Below are positions 38,582-53,575 of a stretch of DNA of 64,000 nucleotides, in pieces. Below the pieces are notes generated by a model. That model did not search any database, was not told the DNA's origin, and saw only the letters and a program-made list of their open reading frames with translations. How positions within the stretch are numbered: position 1 is the stretch's first letter; every line of letters begins with the position of its first letter. The position numbers were made by a program, and so were the translations under genes. Source of the DNA: Lama glama (taxonomy: Eukaryota); assembly GCA_028534125.1 (NCBI GenBank), contig CM052817.1, forward strand, positions 95,482,001-95,546,000, given 5' to 3'.

Positions 38582-41500
38582 GAGCCGTGTGCTTTATGTT
38601 CTCCTTTCCCCTGACTATGTGATTATGGACCCAGAACTAGAGGAAGAGGGCGTCCAAGCAGCATCATATTTGATTGAATTGACTCCAATCTTTTTGTCAC
38701 AGAGTTTTTTGTTTTTGTTGGTTTGTTTTTTTCTGGCCTAGACTCCAGAGAGAACTGGAAGAGAAAAATACATGTAAACTCAAAAACAAATGTAAATCTC
38801 TTTGCAAGAATAGGGAGACTGATGATATATGGATGCATTCCATTTGTTTTCATTTTTGTAGCGTAACGTCTTGGCTCTGATTGTGAGTTACACATATGCA
38901 TTGTAAAACGTTTAAAAAATAAAGAAATGGAAAATACAAAAATCACATGTAATCCTCCCACTCAGCTATAGTAAGTATTAACATTTTTTTTTGTACAGAG
39001 CCCACCAGGCCTTTTCTTACAAATACGTATACACACATATCCTTTTTATTAAACAAAATCGGGATCACAGTGTGTACACTTTGTAATTGGTTTCAGTTTT
39101 CAAATAGTAAACATACCCAAAAATAAATTTCAGGAAAAAAAAGAACAAAGATCCCTCCCTTTAGTCTTGTCCTCACAATTGTATCAGTTTCCTATTCCTC
39201 TGCACTGTACCCTTCTTTTATGTCCATCCAGTCCTGGTTGCAACTGGTTTCTTATTTTCTGTGTCTTGTAGACTATATAGCACACAGTTCCTGGTAAGTT
39301 ACTCAAATTTCCAAACCACACAACTGGTAAGCATGAAGAAATTACTGTAAGATCAAGGACTGAGAATTAATATTACCGTAACTGACAGACTCAGACAGTT
39401 ATTAACTCTAACACGTTAGGTCAGCTGCTGGCCACACTTACCCAGATATCAGAGTCTGGCACCTTCTATGGGCAGGAGACAGAGTCTTGTTGAGATGGAA
39501 GCTTCAGCTTCATATGATATCCTTTTTCTTAAGAGATTTCTGCTTGTTTGGAGCCTTTCTATTCTTCAGGTCCTCCCTGGGTTTCGTCCTGGAATGACAT
39601 CAGTAAGTTTCCGCCTGACATACCTAGTCTACGGTGACAGGGATGGAAACAGTAGTTACCTACGTGTGTGCATGTGTCTGTGTGCATACGTGCTGCTTTG
39701 ACTGGAAAGGGGCGAGAGTGGTGCCTCTGGGTAGTATTTCCACGGATGTCACACATGTAATGCGTGTTTGTGTACTTCACTGTGTGATGTTACAGCTCAA
39801 TTAAAACAAAAAAAGTGCTGCTTCATTCACCCTCCTGCCAGGCTGTCAGTGATCTAGGCTGCAGATCTAGTCAAGACCTAATAAATCCCAGAGACTGCAG
39901 ACCAGCATTGTCTTAGCTGTAGAGAGCGCTAGGATTTTTAGTTCTTGGACTGCTCCATAAAGCAGCAATACCCAGAGATGCTCCCCACTCAACAAAAGGA
40001 AGTTTTGTGGTCAAATAAGTTTAGGAAATGCTGTCCACTTTGAAAGATTCACAATGCACATTGGAATGTTCAAGGCCCTAAAGTCCTGTAGCAAAGAAAC
40101 AAGTTTATCCCAACTTGTCCTAAACTTAATCACGAAATTCTTTTGATTAATACCTACTAACACCTCATTGGAATAATCAGCCTACGTTTAGGCAAAAGCC
40201 TGGTTAAGGCCTGTCCATGAATACCCGCCCTCTACCCCTGCATCAGGTGACATGTTCGCCACCTGCTGGTTGTATTGGGTATGAAGTCACTCACTAGGGA
40301 AGCTTCTGTTCTCACTAAATTGCACTCACAATCCGGAGTTTGTTGTCACAGTGCTCTTAATTATGTTTTTCCACATTTGACATACCAGGGACTGAACAAC
40401 GTAGCTTGTCATAATTCAGTTACGAAAGGAAGTTTTTCATGCAGACCCTCAACATGGAAGTCAAACCATACAGATCAGCACTGAATACGAGGGACCAAAA
40501 GAAGTGAAGCATCTGATAAAATGAGAACAAAGAGTAAAAATGAGGGCGACGTGCTTTAGAATTGTAGGATTTTATAGATTAAATACTTGTGATAATAAAT
40601 TCAGTTAGTCTGTCCCATTTATTCTCTAATTTGAAATCCAATTTATGTTTAACAGACTTGTTCAACATCTAATAGATGGATGAGCTAATCCTTAAGGCCA
40701 TCTGAACCAGTATTAGACATTTTTGTTTAAATTGGTAAGTTTCACTACTTTTAGTTCTTGAGGTTATAATTGTTAAAATGATATCGTAATTGATTTGGGA
40801 AGGAGACAAGAAATAAAAATAACATAAAGGAAAGGAATGTGATAATATAATACATTTATACCATAATTTATTTTTTAAAGACTTTCTTTTATTATGCATT
40901 TGTTTATAGACTGTCACACAATCTAAGAAGAAAAATTTTAAATGTTTTCTACAAATAATCTTTCACCATCTGTTCTATTTATTTTCCTGTCTCAAAACAT
41001 TATTTACTGCTAGCAGAGATTTCTTTTAAGCCACCATTTGTGTTAGAATGGCTAAAGGTTTAAGCATCTAGGCAGTTGCTACCTGACACTCGGGTGGGTT
41101 GAAAAGAGTCCGGCAGCCCAGTTTCGGTGCCCCTTCTTCACTCTTTATCTCCATCCATCTCATCTAGATTTTTCCAAGGAGCCTCCAACTTCCTGAGAAA
41201 AAGCAAACACCTGCCTAATCCTTCTAGGGCAAAGGTGCTTATGTTCCAAATTTCAAAGCTTTAAGGAAAGAAACTCCTAATTTTAAATACGAACAAGTAT
41301 TTCAAATAATTTTACTCTCAAAGAAGCATACCTTGTAGTGTGTCAGCCTTGCTTTAAAAAGACTGTGTAAATTTGGCTCCTGGAGCAGTATTCCCAGCAT
41401 TCGAAGACTGATTGCATCACACGACCATAGAAATATGCTGATTCCGGGGCTTTTTCCTCAGCGAGGGGAGGGTGAGGCCTCTGCATGTTGAACTTGCCCC

Positions 41501-41677
41501 TTGGATGCCGATCCAATCACCTAGGGAGATTCTTTTTTTAATGCTGATGCTGGACCCACCTTGTGAGTCAGGACGTCTGTATTTATAAAGAATCCCACCA
41601 GTTATGTGAATGAGCACAGAGGCTTGAGAACTTCCGCTCTGAGAACTGATAAGTGAAAGGACAAATGCGGAAAGATC

Positions 41678-41788
41678 GGGTGGGAAGGGATAGACTGGGA
41701 TTTCAAAATTGTAGAATAGATAAACAAGATTACACTGTATAGCACAGGGAAATATACACAAAATGTTATGATAAATCACAGAGAAAAA
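41678..41788 (+). mobile_element. 111-bp L1 3' UTR internal fragment with perfect 15-bp TSD
   Basis: TSD AAATGCGGAAAGATC at 41663-41677 and 41789-41803. The body (aatagataaacaag...ctgtatagcacagggaaatata) aligns with the L1s near 1360-1400 and 19930-19980. Confidence 0.9.
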
Positions 41789-42319
41789 AAATGCGGAAAG
41801 ATCTATTTCTATTTGCCAATGCGTTGTTTATTAATGCGGAGAAGGAGTGGCAAACGTATTAACCAAGTGCAGAGGAATTGTTAGTGAAGGATGGAGGAAA
41901 TCAGGTGAACGGACAATTGAATGCCGACTTCTCAACCTGGAACAGGCTCACAGGGGCATTTCAGTGACCTTAGTTCTTAACCCTGGCTGCTCTTTAGAAC
42001 CTTCCAGGAGTAAGCTTTTAAAAATTACCGAAGCCCGGGCCCTACTCCAGACCAGTTAAATCAGAAGCTATGGGGGCAGGGCGTGGGGTGCTTATTTTAC
42101 CAGCTCCTGGGGCGACTTGAGCCCTGCCTCCTTCAGCCGCATTGTCTGTGACATGTGAGAAGCTGTTTGAGTCACCTGCTATTGTTGACATCACAAGCAG
42201 GTCATGTTTGCCTCCAGACCCTTGGGGGCCAGTCTTTTAAGGAAATGAATGCTCGGCACGCTCCTTTTGTTCCACCTCTGCAACCACCATGATTAGGCTT
42301 CACTGTTTTATTTATAAAA

Positions 42320-42845
<526 letters not shown>

Positions 42846-45149
42846 TAAGCTTCCTTTGTAATTCGCACCTGGCTGGGTCACCATAACTGATCGAGAATGC
42901 TCTTAGAAGGAGGAGGGTACTGTAAACCCCTGAGAGACTTCCTGGACTTTCGCGTCGTGTATTTTCCTGGGTTAATGTCAGGGGGAAGAAGAGCTACATG
43001 TCAGAATCAGTTGGATTCCCTATTTAGTATTCATAAAATTATGTATAACTCCATACTCTTTAAGAGTTAAAAAATCAGTATTTGGTTAAAATGTAGATAA
43101 AATGTGTTCTCTGCTCAGGGAAGAGGTGCTTCTGCAAATTTCACTTTTTTTCTTGCCTAGTTTTTTCCACTTTGGGGAGATGGACTATTCCCTCAGTGCA
43201 GGAGGCAAGTCGACTCCTCTCCCCTCAGCCTCATATTGTCTGTCGATGAATTCAAGTGTTGAGGTCCAGAAGACATTTTCTGAGTGTTTACTATAAATCA
43301 AGCCCTGTGTTAGGTCCACAAAAAACACTGATTTCAGTTTAATATGGTAGCTGAAACCATAGAAATAAGTAATCAGCACAAGGCAAGGAGATTTTATCAC
43401 TGTCTCTGGTGGGGCAAGGGGTATTGTGCTTCTGGAAAAATCTCCGTAAGTCAGGTTCTTCTAAGCTGGTAGAGGAGGTGGAGAGGACAGGAGGGCTGCC
43501 TGGAGGAGAGAGCGCACAAAGGCAGAAAGCACTTAATCCCAGGTGTTACCTGAGAGCTGCGAGAAGCTCAGTGAGTTTGAGACAGGAATCATCAGTGAGG
43601 ATGTGGGAAAATGAGCCCCTGTTACGCAGTCTGTCCCTCTGTATGTTAATTGTCAAACACCTTGTCCAAATTCTGGAAATCTATTTGAAAATCAATTGGA
43701 TTATTAGCTCCAACTTGAAATGTGAGGAGTACTTCAAGTAATACCCTAATAAATGTTAGTTATTTTGCCTCCCAGGGCTTTCCAAATTATCAAAACAAAG
43801 CTGAAAGCTGAGGTATCTCAGAAGTATTTTCCAACCGGATGCCTTGTCTGGTGTATTCCAATGAGCTACAGTCTCTGGATTTTTGATAGCTCTCGAGTAT
43901 GTTGACACTTGAGTTAACTTTGAAAGTCCCTTTGCTAATTCTGTGAGTGCCGAGGCACCCCTGGGACAGCTAGGGGAATCTTCAAGCACTGCTGGGGTCC
44001 TCTCTGGAAATAAATAGTATTTGAAAGCTAGATCCAAATAGATCCACAAACCAGAGTAGAAAAAAATATAATAACCGAAAAAATGCAGAATTATGACATC
44101 TGGTGAAAACGTAAGAAGTTTGAATTTGTTTCCGATTCAGATTATGATCATTATGTGAATCATTCCAGCCAGGGCACCCTGTGACATTGCAAGCCACAGA
44201 GAGCACCAGCTTGCGAGGTTTATCTGGTTCTTGGAACCTCAGAAATGTAAATATATCCTTTGCATAACTACTGCTTATTATATTACAGGCTAAGAAACAG
44301 CAAGTGTTATAAATGAAGGTGAAGGGCAGATTCAGCTCATTTTGAAAGTACTGATTATATTCTAAATTTGCTTTTGTTTTTAATCTTTTTTCTTGGTTAA
44401 TTTTAGCCCCAAGGACAAATGTCTTAAGTTCTGCGCCAAAGCTGTTTGATTAAAATTTTGTAAGGCTATCAAGAGACATTGTTACACTGCTATAAAATCA
44501 GCATGGTCCAAGGGGGATTAATGAATAAAATATGAAATGACTGATCATTTAAAATGTAAGTCAGGAAAATAGGAAGGTATACAAAACACACTACCTTTTA
44601 TTCACCTTATTTATTCACCACATACACTGAATACCCATAGTGTGCAGGGCAGAAGAAACTTGGTAGAAGTCCTGATCATTCGGTTCTGAGTCAGTTTTAA
44701 CAGCAAATATGTAAAACTTATGACATGCAAAAAAAAAAAAAGAAAGAAAGAAAGAAAAGGATCCTGCCCTGAGAGAAGGGGGATTAGTGTGGAACAGAAC
44801 TTAAGGTGTTATGGAATATTGGTATCAATCCCAGTTGTCTGCCAAGATGAAAATAAGAGTGGCATTTTGCAATTCCTAAGAGAGGGATATGGCTCAAGTA
44901 TAACTTTTTGTCTTGATGCTTTGTTTATTCATTAAAGTATTCATTTATTCATTCATTCATTCATTCATCAAATATTACTAAGGTCCTACTATGTGTAAGG
45001 TCTTTTAGACCAGATGCGGGGGTGACATCAGTGATCAAAACATACACAGACCTCGCCTTCCTGGAGCTTATAGTCTGGTGAGGGAAACAAGCACCAGGAC
45101 ACAAACCATCTGTACTTTGAAGGAAACAAAGAGGGAGCTTTGTTAAAAA

Positions 45150-47360
45150 CAGAGATGGCAGTTTCTTATAAAACTAAATGTAGTCTTACTCTGTGATCCA
45201 GGAATCGTGCTCCTCAGTATTTACCTGATTTGCAAATCTGTGTCTGCATATGAATGTTTACAGCCACTTTATTCATAATTGCCCCAAACTGGAGGAAACC
45301 AGATGTCCTTCAATAGGTGTGAACAGATAAACAAACTAGTACATCTATGCAGTGAACAGCAGTCAGCAATAAAAGGAAGTCACAAAGAGACATGGCCGAA
45401 TCTTAGCTCCACAGTCCTGAGTGAAAGAAGCCAGTATTAAAAAGTCACATTCTGTCGGATTTAAGTTGTATGATCGTCGGGAAAAGCAAAACTAAGACAG
45501 TAAACAGATCAGTGATTGTCAGGGGTTGGGACTGGGTTGAGTAAATGAAGCACGGGGATTTTTTAAGGTCAGTGAAACTACTCCGTATGGTACTGTAATG
45601 GTGACTATAAGACATTAAATTTTTGTCAAAACCCAGAACACTTTACAGAACAAAGAGTAAGCCTTAATATAAATACATTTTAAAAATGATTTAGGAGATC
45701 GGGGGATCCCAGGATGGAATACACAACATGACAAAGGAACACTGTATTACAAAGGTAGGAAACAAGCTCACTGAAGGGGCTGTGGGAATAAGGTTCTGAC
45801 CTAAGTAACTTTGGAAATGAGTGGAGTTTGCAAAACTAAGCGGGAAAGGAACTGGACGTAAGCACTGCACTCTAGTTGATAAAGCTGTCTCGCTCGGGGG
45901 TCCAGGTAACAGTTCTGAAACCGCTATACACAAATACTGGAATTGAACAGTTAAGCACATGGATGATGGATGGTGGGTGGCAGTTTCTTGCTGTTGGAGT
46001 GAGAATTTGAAGATAAACAAAGGGAAGAGACCAGAATGATCCATGTGTTAATGGACTGGAATTGGGTACAGTGGTATGAACTCATGTTTACCTTGATGCA
46101 GATACAGATGGTTCCAAACAAATATTTATAGAGATGGCTAAGTAGGCACACACATATTTCCTTGTTCTTTGGAAGAAAGTCCCTTTGTGCAGCCCCTATC
46201 AGTATGGACCATCTCCTGAGAGGGCCTAGAAGCAATACCTTGTAACAACAACACCTAGTGCCCAGATTTGGTTTCTAATTCTGTTCTCCAATAAAGGAAC
46301 CAGGGTTTCTTGGAGAAATGACAATTCTCAGACTGGGGCAGAAGATAGACAAGATGAGCCTGAAGCATCTTATAGTGCTGGAAATTAGTAAAGTGTCAAA
46401 AAAAAAAAAAAAAGCCAATGATGGAGCCAACTGAAAGAGTTCCCAATGACCAAAGGTGGGAAAATTGGAGCAACAAAGTAAAGCAGTACTGTATTACAGC
46501 CCAAAATGTAAAATAAATAGCCGTGAGTTCATTCAGATTGGCTCAAATGAATGACTGAAACATGCATAAACAAGGGAGAAAGAACAGATCTCCCATGCAG
46601 AGAGACTCCAAGTGATTTACGTAGTTAGTTTCTGCTCAAGGAGGTGAAGCGTAACTCACTGTTTCTTAAGTGTGAGCTGTGCATAGTGACTTTCTTCTAA
46701 TGAATAGAAAAGGGGGGATGAGAAAAAAGAGAGTAACTTATAGTGGGGAAAACCCTGACAATTACTTCAAGCCAGCTGATTATATATTAGCTTAATGGCC
46801 CAACAGAAGGTTAATTTTTGAAACTGGCCCAATAGGTGGTTAATATCAACAGTGAGAAGCCATATTGATAGTCTTTGCCCTGGTATGATGTGATGAGAAT
46901 GGTACTTTCTTTCCACGCCCTTCCTCCCCAGAATATATTATCCTCACTGAATCACGAGAAAAACATCAGACAACTCCCAATTCAGGGACATTCTACGAAA
47001 TAATAGCTGATCAGTAATCCTCAACACGATCAAGGGCATGGAAACATGGAAAGTCTGAGAAACTGTTGTCACTGTTGTGTGGAGCCTAAGGAGAGAGAAC
47101 AGATCAATGTAACGTGGTATCGCAGATGGGATCCTGGACCAGAAGAAGGACATTAGGAGAAAACTGAGAAAAACTGAAGAAAGTATGGACTCCAGTTAAT
47201 AATGTGTCAACACTGGTTCATTAAGTGTTATAAATATACCAAACAAATTTAAGAGGCTAATAATAGGGGTAATGGGTGGACTAGACTGGATCTCTGTTAT
47301 CGCCACAAAAATTCTGTCCATCAAAAAGTGTTCTGAAGTTAAAATTTTAATTTAAAAAAA
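45150..47360 (+). mobile_element. Old L1 (L1MC/L1MD-like) 3' region fragments in C4orf51 intron 1
   Basis: gcagtttcttataaaactaaatgtagtcttac...ttattcataattgccccaaactgg...gatgggatcctggaccagaagaaggacattagg. Confidence 0.75.
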
Positions 47361-47718
47361 CAATGGGGGGAGGTGGAGAGGAGAGCTACTCTGTATGGGA
47401 TGATCAGAAGGCAAGAAGTATTAGGGTCAAGGAGGGACATTTTCTGATGCTTGGAGGGTCAGCCAACTAGGAAGATGTGACAATCCTAAACTGGTCTGCA
47501 TCGAATAGCACAGTCTACTCCAGGCTTATTAGATAAAACCGAGGGAGTTAAAAGGAGAAATAAGCAAGTCCACAATCAACATTTTAACATACCTGTCTCA
47601 GTAACTGGTTGGAACAAGCAAATAATCAGCAAGGACACACCGAATTTGAACGGCACAATTAAGACACCGGTACTAATTGATGTATCGAGAGCACTGAACC
47701 CACCAACTGCAGGATGTA

Positions 47719-47979
47719 CAGCTGGCCCTTGAACTATGCAGGGGTCAGGGCACTCACCCCCTGCGTAGTCAAAAGTCCAAATATAACTTAGGGTAGGCCC
47801 TCCCTGTCCGTGGTTCCTCTATATTGAAGGTTCCTCGATATCGCCATGGTTCTGTATCCATGGATTCAACCAACCACAGATGGTGGAGTGCTGTAGTATT
47901 TAAGTATTGAAGTATTGAAAAAAATCTGTGTATGAGTGGACCCAGGAAGTTCAAACCTGTGTTGTTCAAGGGTCAACTG
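47719..47979. mobile_element. Tigger2/MER8-like TcMar MITE nested in an L1 fragment
   Basis: TIRs CAGCTGGCCCTTGAAC / GTTCAAGGGTCAACTG with TA on both sides. Confidence 0.85.
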
Positions 47980-48264
47980 TACGTTCTTTTCAAGAGCACG
48001 TGGAACATTTTCAAAAATTAACCATCTATTGGGCCATTAAAAATTATCAGATTCAAAGGATTCAAATCATACAAAATACGTTCTTTGACAAGTGTTATTA
48101 AGCTAGAAATCGCTGACAAAAAGAAAACTTGAAAATGTCTAAATATGTAGAAATTTAACAGTATACTCCTCTATAACCCATGGGTTAAAATGAAATCACA
48201 ATGCAAGCTAGAAAATATTTTGAATTGAATGATAAATAAAATATGGCATATTTAAAAACATGTG

Positions 48265-49185
48265 AGGGTGATATTCAAAAGGCGAAAACAGCTCAAAGGT
48301 CCATCAGCACGTGAATGGATGAACAAAATACGGTAGACAGGTATCCCCTGCTTTCCGAAAGTTCACTTTACGCCACTTCACTTGTATGAAAGACCTACCT
48401 TAGTGCCTGTTTTTGCTAACCACAGGAAACCCCAAGAGGATTTTAACTTTTGTGAAAAAGATGAAAAGCAAAAAGTAGTGTTCAGGGTTTGTTTTGCAGC
48501 AAACCCTTAAAGAGGCAGTGCACCCCCTGCGCGGTGAGAGTGACACCCCCAAGCTCCTCCCCTGGGAGCCGCACTCAGCATCTCAGCATCAAGCCGCCGT
48601 GGCTTTGAACTGTGTCTCTGAGCATCTGTGCTTTATCTCGATTTACTTTGTGCATCTGTTAGCAAGATGTGTCCTAGGATAATTGCTTCTTCGTTTGACA
48701 CCAGTTCGGCTTACAAAAGGTTTCGTAGGAACGCTCTATTTTTGGATACAGGGGAGAACCTGTCTGCCTACAATAGCATAGTATTCAGCCGTAGAAAAGA
48801 TGGGAAGTCTGATACATGTTACAACATGGATGAACCCTGAAAACATTACGCAGTAGGAAAGAAACCGGACACAAAAAGACAAATATTGTATGATTCTACC
48901 CATATAAGAGATTCAGAACAGGCAAATTCATAGAGACAGAAAGTAGAATAAAGGTTACCAGGGATCTGGGGGAGGGGGATGTGAGAAGTTATCTGATGGG
49001 TTCAGAGTTCCTGTTTGGGACAATGAAAGAGTTCTGGAGATGGATAGTAATGGTGATTGCACAACATTTTAAATGTACTTAATGCCACTGAATTGTACAC
49101 TTAAAATGGCTGAAATAGCAAATTTTACATTATGTACATTTTACAATAGTAATAATAATAATAATAATAACAATAATAATAATAA
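48265..49185 (+). mobile_element. L1MB-like 3' end with (AAT)n tail
   Basis: acaacatggatgaaccctgaaaacattacgc...aatgccactgaattgtacacttaaaatgg...ttttacaat followed by (AAT)n. Confidence 0.8.
48338..48762. mobile_element. Non-autonomous TIR DNA transposon (TcMar-like) nested in an L1MB-like 3' end
   Basis: Left end CAGGTATCCCCTGCTTTCCGAAA; right end reverse complement CAGGTTCTCCCCTGTATCCAAAA. The flanks rejoin as L1 sequence. Confidence 0.7.
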
Positions 49186-50266
49186 CCACCTATGAAGGGC
49201 AGGACTTCCAGAATACAGAGAGAGAACCTATGTATATCCTGTGTATATCCATCCCTCCATAAGAAGAAAAACCCTGGCAAAAACTGTCAAAATCAACTTT
49301 TTCAAAACTCTAGTAATTATCCAAAACTGATGATTCCCATGGAAGTCAGGGAAGTCGTCCCCTGACTATCTGGCTCAGATTCTGCCTCAAACCTACTGGA
49401 AAACATGATTACTGGGGTTGGGCTTAGCAACGTGCATTTTAAAATTAAAATTGCATCTGGTGATGCAATTGCTGCTCTAGGTTAGGAGAAGAATGATGCA
49501 GGCTGGCCTGCCAGTGCCCCCCTTCCCCCGTCTCAGGGATGGTTAGGGCTAGTCTAGGGGCTGAATGCACGTCCAGGAGCATTTTAGGGCTCTTCAGGCT
49601 GACATCAATTCCACTCTATCCCTGCCTCACACACACAGTTCCAGGTCCCTGGAGCTTGGAGACCCTCCTTCCTCCCCTTGACCCTCCACCAGAGGTCCTA
49701 AAACAAAGGCCACCATGTGTTGACCTCTAGAGACTGATGACTGTGCTTCCCACCAAGCCAACTGATTGCCTAGAAGCAGTGTCATATCTGGATTCAGGGA
49801 AACTGAGATACAGACATGTTCCGAAGGACAGATGCAGTGTGTGTGTCTCCCCAAGTTAGCCCACTGGCATTAAGTTAGAAGTTTTCCTGGGAAACCAGCA
49901 TAATTACTGTAGTATTTGCTATTCCATTCATAGCACTTATTTTGTAAACAATTCCCTGGAGAAAGACTCATAAATCCTGTTAAAACTATTATGAACTTAA
50001 TGTTTGAGCTTTTCATGTACAAACATTGAACATTTTACCCTTTTATGAGAAATCGGGGAAAAAACAAATCACTAAAGACAGTGAGAAAGCCCAATTTGGG
50101 TTGATTTAATGGGATTGTATTGTTGGGAATGTGGAAAGAGGGGAAGAGAGGAAGCCAAAGTTTAAGAAATCAAATGAAAGGATGGGTGAAAATCCCTCGC
50201 AATCCACAGGCTGTGACTTATAAGCCCATCACCTTATAACTTGTTTCTTCTACTTGCTTTCCTTAG

Positions 50267-50328
50267 GGTGCCACTGCCAACCGGCTTTGCCCGCAGGGCT
50301 GTTCTCCAGGAGACCGCAGGTGTTAAAG
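50267..50328 (+). CDS. C4orf51: C4orf51 exon 2
   Basis: tgctttccttag|G acceptor, (Q)VPLPTGFARRAVLQETAGVK(G), donor AAG|GTGAGT. 62 nt, phase 2-1, fitting both neighbours. QET..(I/V)KG resembles the human sequence. Confidence 0.78.
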
Positions 50329-53049
50329 GTGAGTGCAGCGGGATCGGTTCTGAGCCCAGCCCTTCTGCCAAGGGTGCTGCCCTGACATCCTTCACATTCT
50401 TGATTGTCATCCAGATGGTTCCATTTGCCTCCTAAAGGCAAGATGTCTTTCGCAACATGGCATGCTCCACTCTGGATCTGTTACTTTTAAAAATGACAGT
50501 TATTCCAAGGCAAGAAAATGTTCCTGCTCCATGTTAGTCCCAGCACGCACCTTCTGCCAGAGCTTACAGCTCTGGGTGATGTAACCTGAGCTGTCCTGGG
50601 CGCATCAAAGAACTAGGAAGAGAAACCAAACCACTACAACCCACCAACTAGGAAACTCCACTGACTCATCTATAACCACCTCCACCCCGTCCTAGCTAAG
50701 CTAGAATAACACTAGCTGCCAAAGAGATAAGCCTCCGAATTCCAGTTGCTTAACACAATAGAATATAGTTTTTCTTTCCTATAAAGGCGCAGGAGGAAGG
50801 TCCATTTTGCAGATGGGCCTTCCACGGGGTGATTTGAGGACATGGACTTCCTTCATCTGCGGGTCCCTCCATCCCCTGGGGCCCCAGAGTCCTCAGTCTC
50901 TATCTGGCAGGTGGTGGGACAGAGGGTAGCAGAGACACACCTGCTTTTTCACCATTTTAGCCTGGAAACGACTCACATCGCATATGCTCACCTTCCAGTG
51001 GAAGAAGCGGTCATAAAGCGCCCCCCATGAGCCAGGGAGTCCAGATTCCTGGGCTGGGCAGCCTCTTCTTAGTAACAACTGTGCACTTGGAGGGGGACAG
51101 CTGGCCACCCTGACACACACTCTGATTTTGAGGAAGAAACACAATAGGTTTTTCCCGTATAATTTCCATCTCTCAGGGTTGAATCTTTGAAGGTTTAGTA
51201 AGACCAATGATCATCGCACATGAGGATTTTTTTTTTTAGCACTTTGCAAAATATTCTGTTACTGTTTTGTGCTGTAGTATTTAAAGGCTCAGTATGTACG
51301 TGTGTGTTGTGTGTGTGCAGGGTGTGCATGGTGTTAGGAGGTGCCCTGCAGCCTTATGGGGTTCTCCTAAATAATGGAGTAAAGGATTTTAACCACTGTC
51401 TTGGACAGTCACGATTTTGCTGGCTTTCCTAATAAAACTGGACTTTACGGGAGCAGTACCTTTGAAATGGGTTTTATGTGTCCCTCTATGGTTTGTTGAG
51501 GAAAAGGACAGGACAGCTAACCTTTTGTGCTATTGTTACAATCAAGGAACACTTTCTTTCTCCCCTTTGCAGTAATAAACAGAGTACTGAAACATACTAC
51601 CTGGTTCACCTGACCTAGGGTAGGGGAAATTAAATAATTTACCAGTGTACGATAGGCATTTGTTTTCCTACCTCCTCTCCTGTTTTTACAGTAAAATAAT
51701 GGTAGGAGGAGAGGCAGAAATAACCTAGTGTGTATATATATTCCTAACAATGACTTACTGATGGACTCGGCCCACGGTGCCTTTTTCACTCTACCCAGAT
51801 GGTCATTTTAATTTAACTGATGACTACTCTTCATCAAGAGGTGACAATCCATCCAGGTAGAGTCATTTAATTTGGCCAAAGGGTAAGTTAGTTCCCTTCG
51901 TTCTCCTTTGCAATTCCCCTGCCTAACTTTTAGATTATCAGCTTTGAGCCAGAAGTTCTACTGAAGGGAATTAAAAGGCGAAGCCAAGGATCAGTTAGTC
52001 AATACAAGCCCACTGGATAAATTTGCTCACCACCAGTGGACACTGGTCTGTTGACAGTCTCTTCGTGGAAACGTGTCCATTTGTAGGACTGCAAATCAGA
52101 CAGACTGTCCTTAAATGGGGTTCAAGAGCTTCAGAGGAAAAACATTCTCAAGTTCTTTTTCACATCTGCCTTTTAAAGAGTTCAGTCTTATTTGTTCTGC
52201 CTACGCTAAGGTGGACTTCCACTTGCGTTACTATGAATTTTCTTTCCAAGTGTTTTGGTTGTGGCTTTTCCCTCCTCTGGTTCATCATATGCTCATCGAT
52301 GCTCATCAAAGAACAAAGCAATAGCTAATAAAAATTAAAATCAAATATCATCAGACTGCAATACAACAAACAGACATTGTTCAACCATTCAACTTGCTCT
52401 TCTCTTAGACTCTGCTAAGACTGATTCTAGCCAGTTTTGTTTGATTAAAAGCTTCTCTCCAGCAGAAGCAATTTACGAAGAGTGAGGTGGGATGCAGACC
52501 GTGCAGCACCTGGAGCAGCACTCATGGGCTGTCCTGTTCCCACCTCTTGTCCTTGGCACTGGACCTGTGTCCCTCTAGGATGAGCCCATGTTACTCTTGC
52601 AAAGAGTACACTGGCCCCTTTGATTCTTGTTCCAGGAGATGCAATATGTAGCGGTGGGGGAGGTTCTATATAGAATGACCACATCAAAGCTCAGATGAGA
52701 CAGCATGTGTAAGATCTTCTTGGGCTATTCCCTAACCACACATAACAAACTCCAAGTCCCTAAAGCAGTTACTTGGAATTCTTTTTACAGTATATGGCCT
52801 TTTACAAAGATGGCAGTGTCCAGGAGAATATTTTCAAGAACCAATGATATTCAAAGAGGCAGCATGAATATGGTTTGTCATGTTACTTCAGGAATGTTTG
52901 TGTCCATTTTAAATATCTCATTTTCCTCCTATTCTTTCAGTCTCACTTTTCTTCTATGACATCTTCTCCAAACCTTGGAAGACTTCTAAAAGTAATAAGA
53001 ACTCCCCAGACTACCCAAAAGTCATGTCTTCACACAGGGATATCTTAAA

Positions 53050-53575
53050 GCACTAACAAGATGATGCCACTTCTCTGTTTCCTGTCAATGAAATCCTAAT
53101 TATTTATCAAGGTCTGGAAGGTCTTACACAAATGTGACCCTGCCTATCTTTCCAGTTTCATTTCATGCCTCTTCCTTTTTGCTTACTCTGTTCCAGTTAC
53201 ATTGGCTTCTTTCAGGAACTTGACACACTAAGCCATTTCCCACCTCAGGACCTTTGCACATACATTCTCTTTACTAGAATGCAATTATCCTGGCTCTGCT
53301 GTGCTGTATCCTTCTGGTTTGAAATTAGATGTCACCTCTTCAGAGAGGTTTTCCCTGGCCACAATATTTAAAGTAAGGTCTTCACACTCTTCCCATTTTT
53401 AATTTCTATCTTAGAGCCTAGTTGAGTGTTATTTTGTTTACTTGCTTATTATCTCTTTCCTATTCTAGAACATAAGCTTCATAAGAGCAGAACTTGTCTG
53501 TCTTGTCTCTGTATCTCCAGCACCAGGGACAGGGCTCAACACACACAAATGTCTTACAATTGTATGGGACAATTG
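53050..53575 (+). mobile_element. LINE-2 fragment
   Basis: cctcaggacctttgcacat...gatgtcacctcttcagagaggttttccctg...ctagaacataagcttcataagagcag. Confidence 0.7.
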
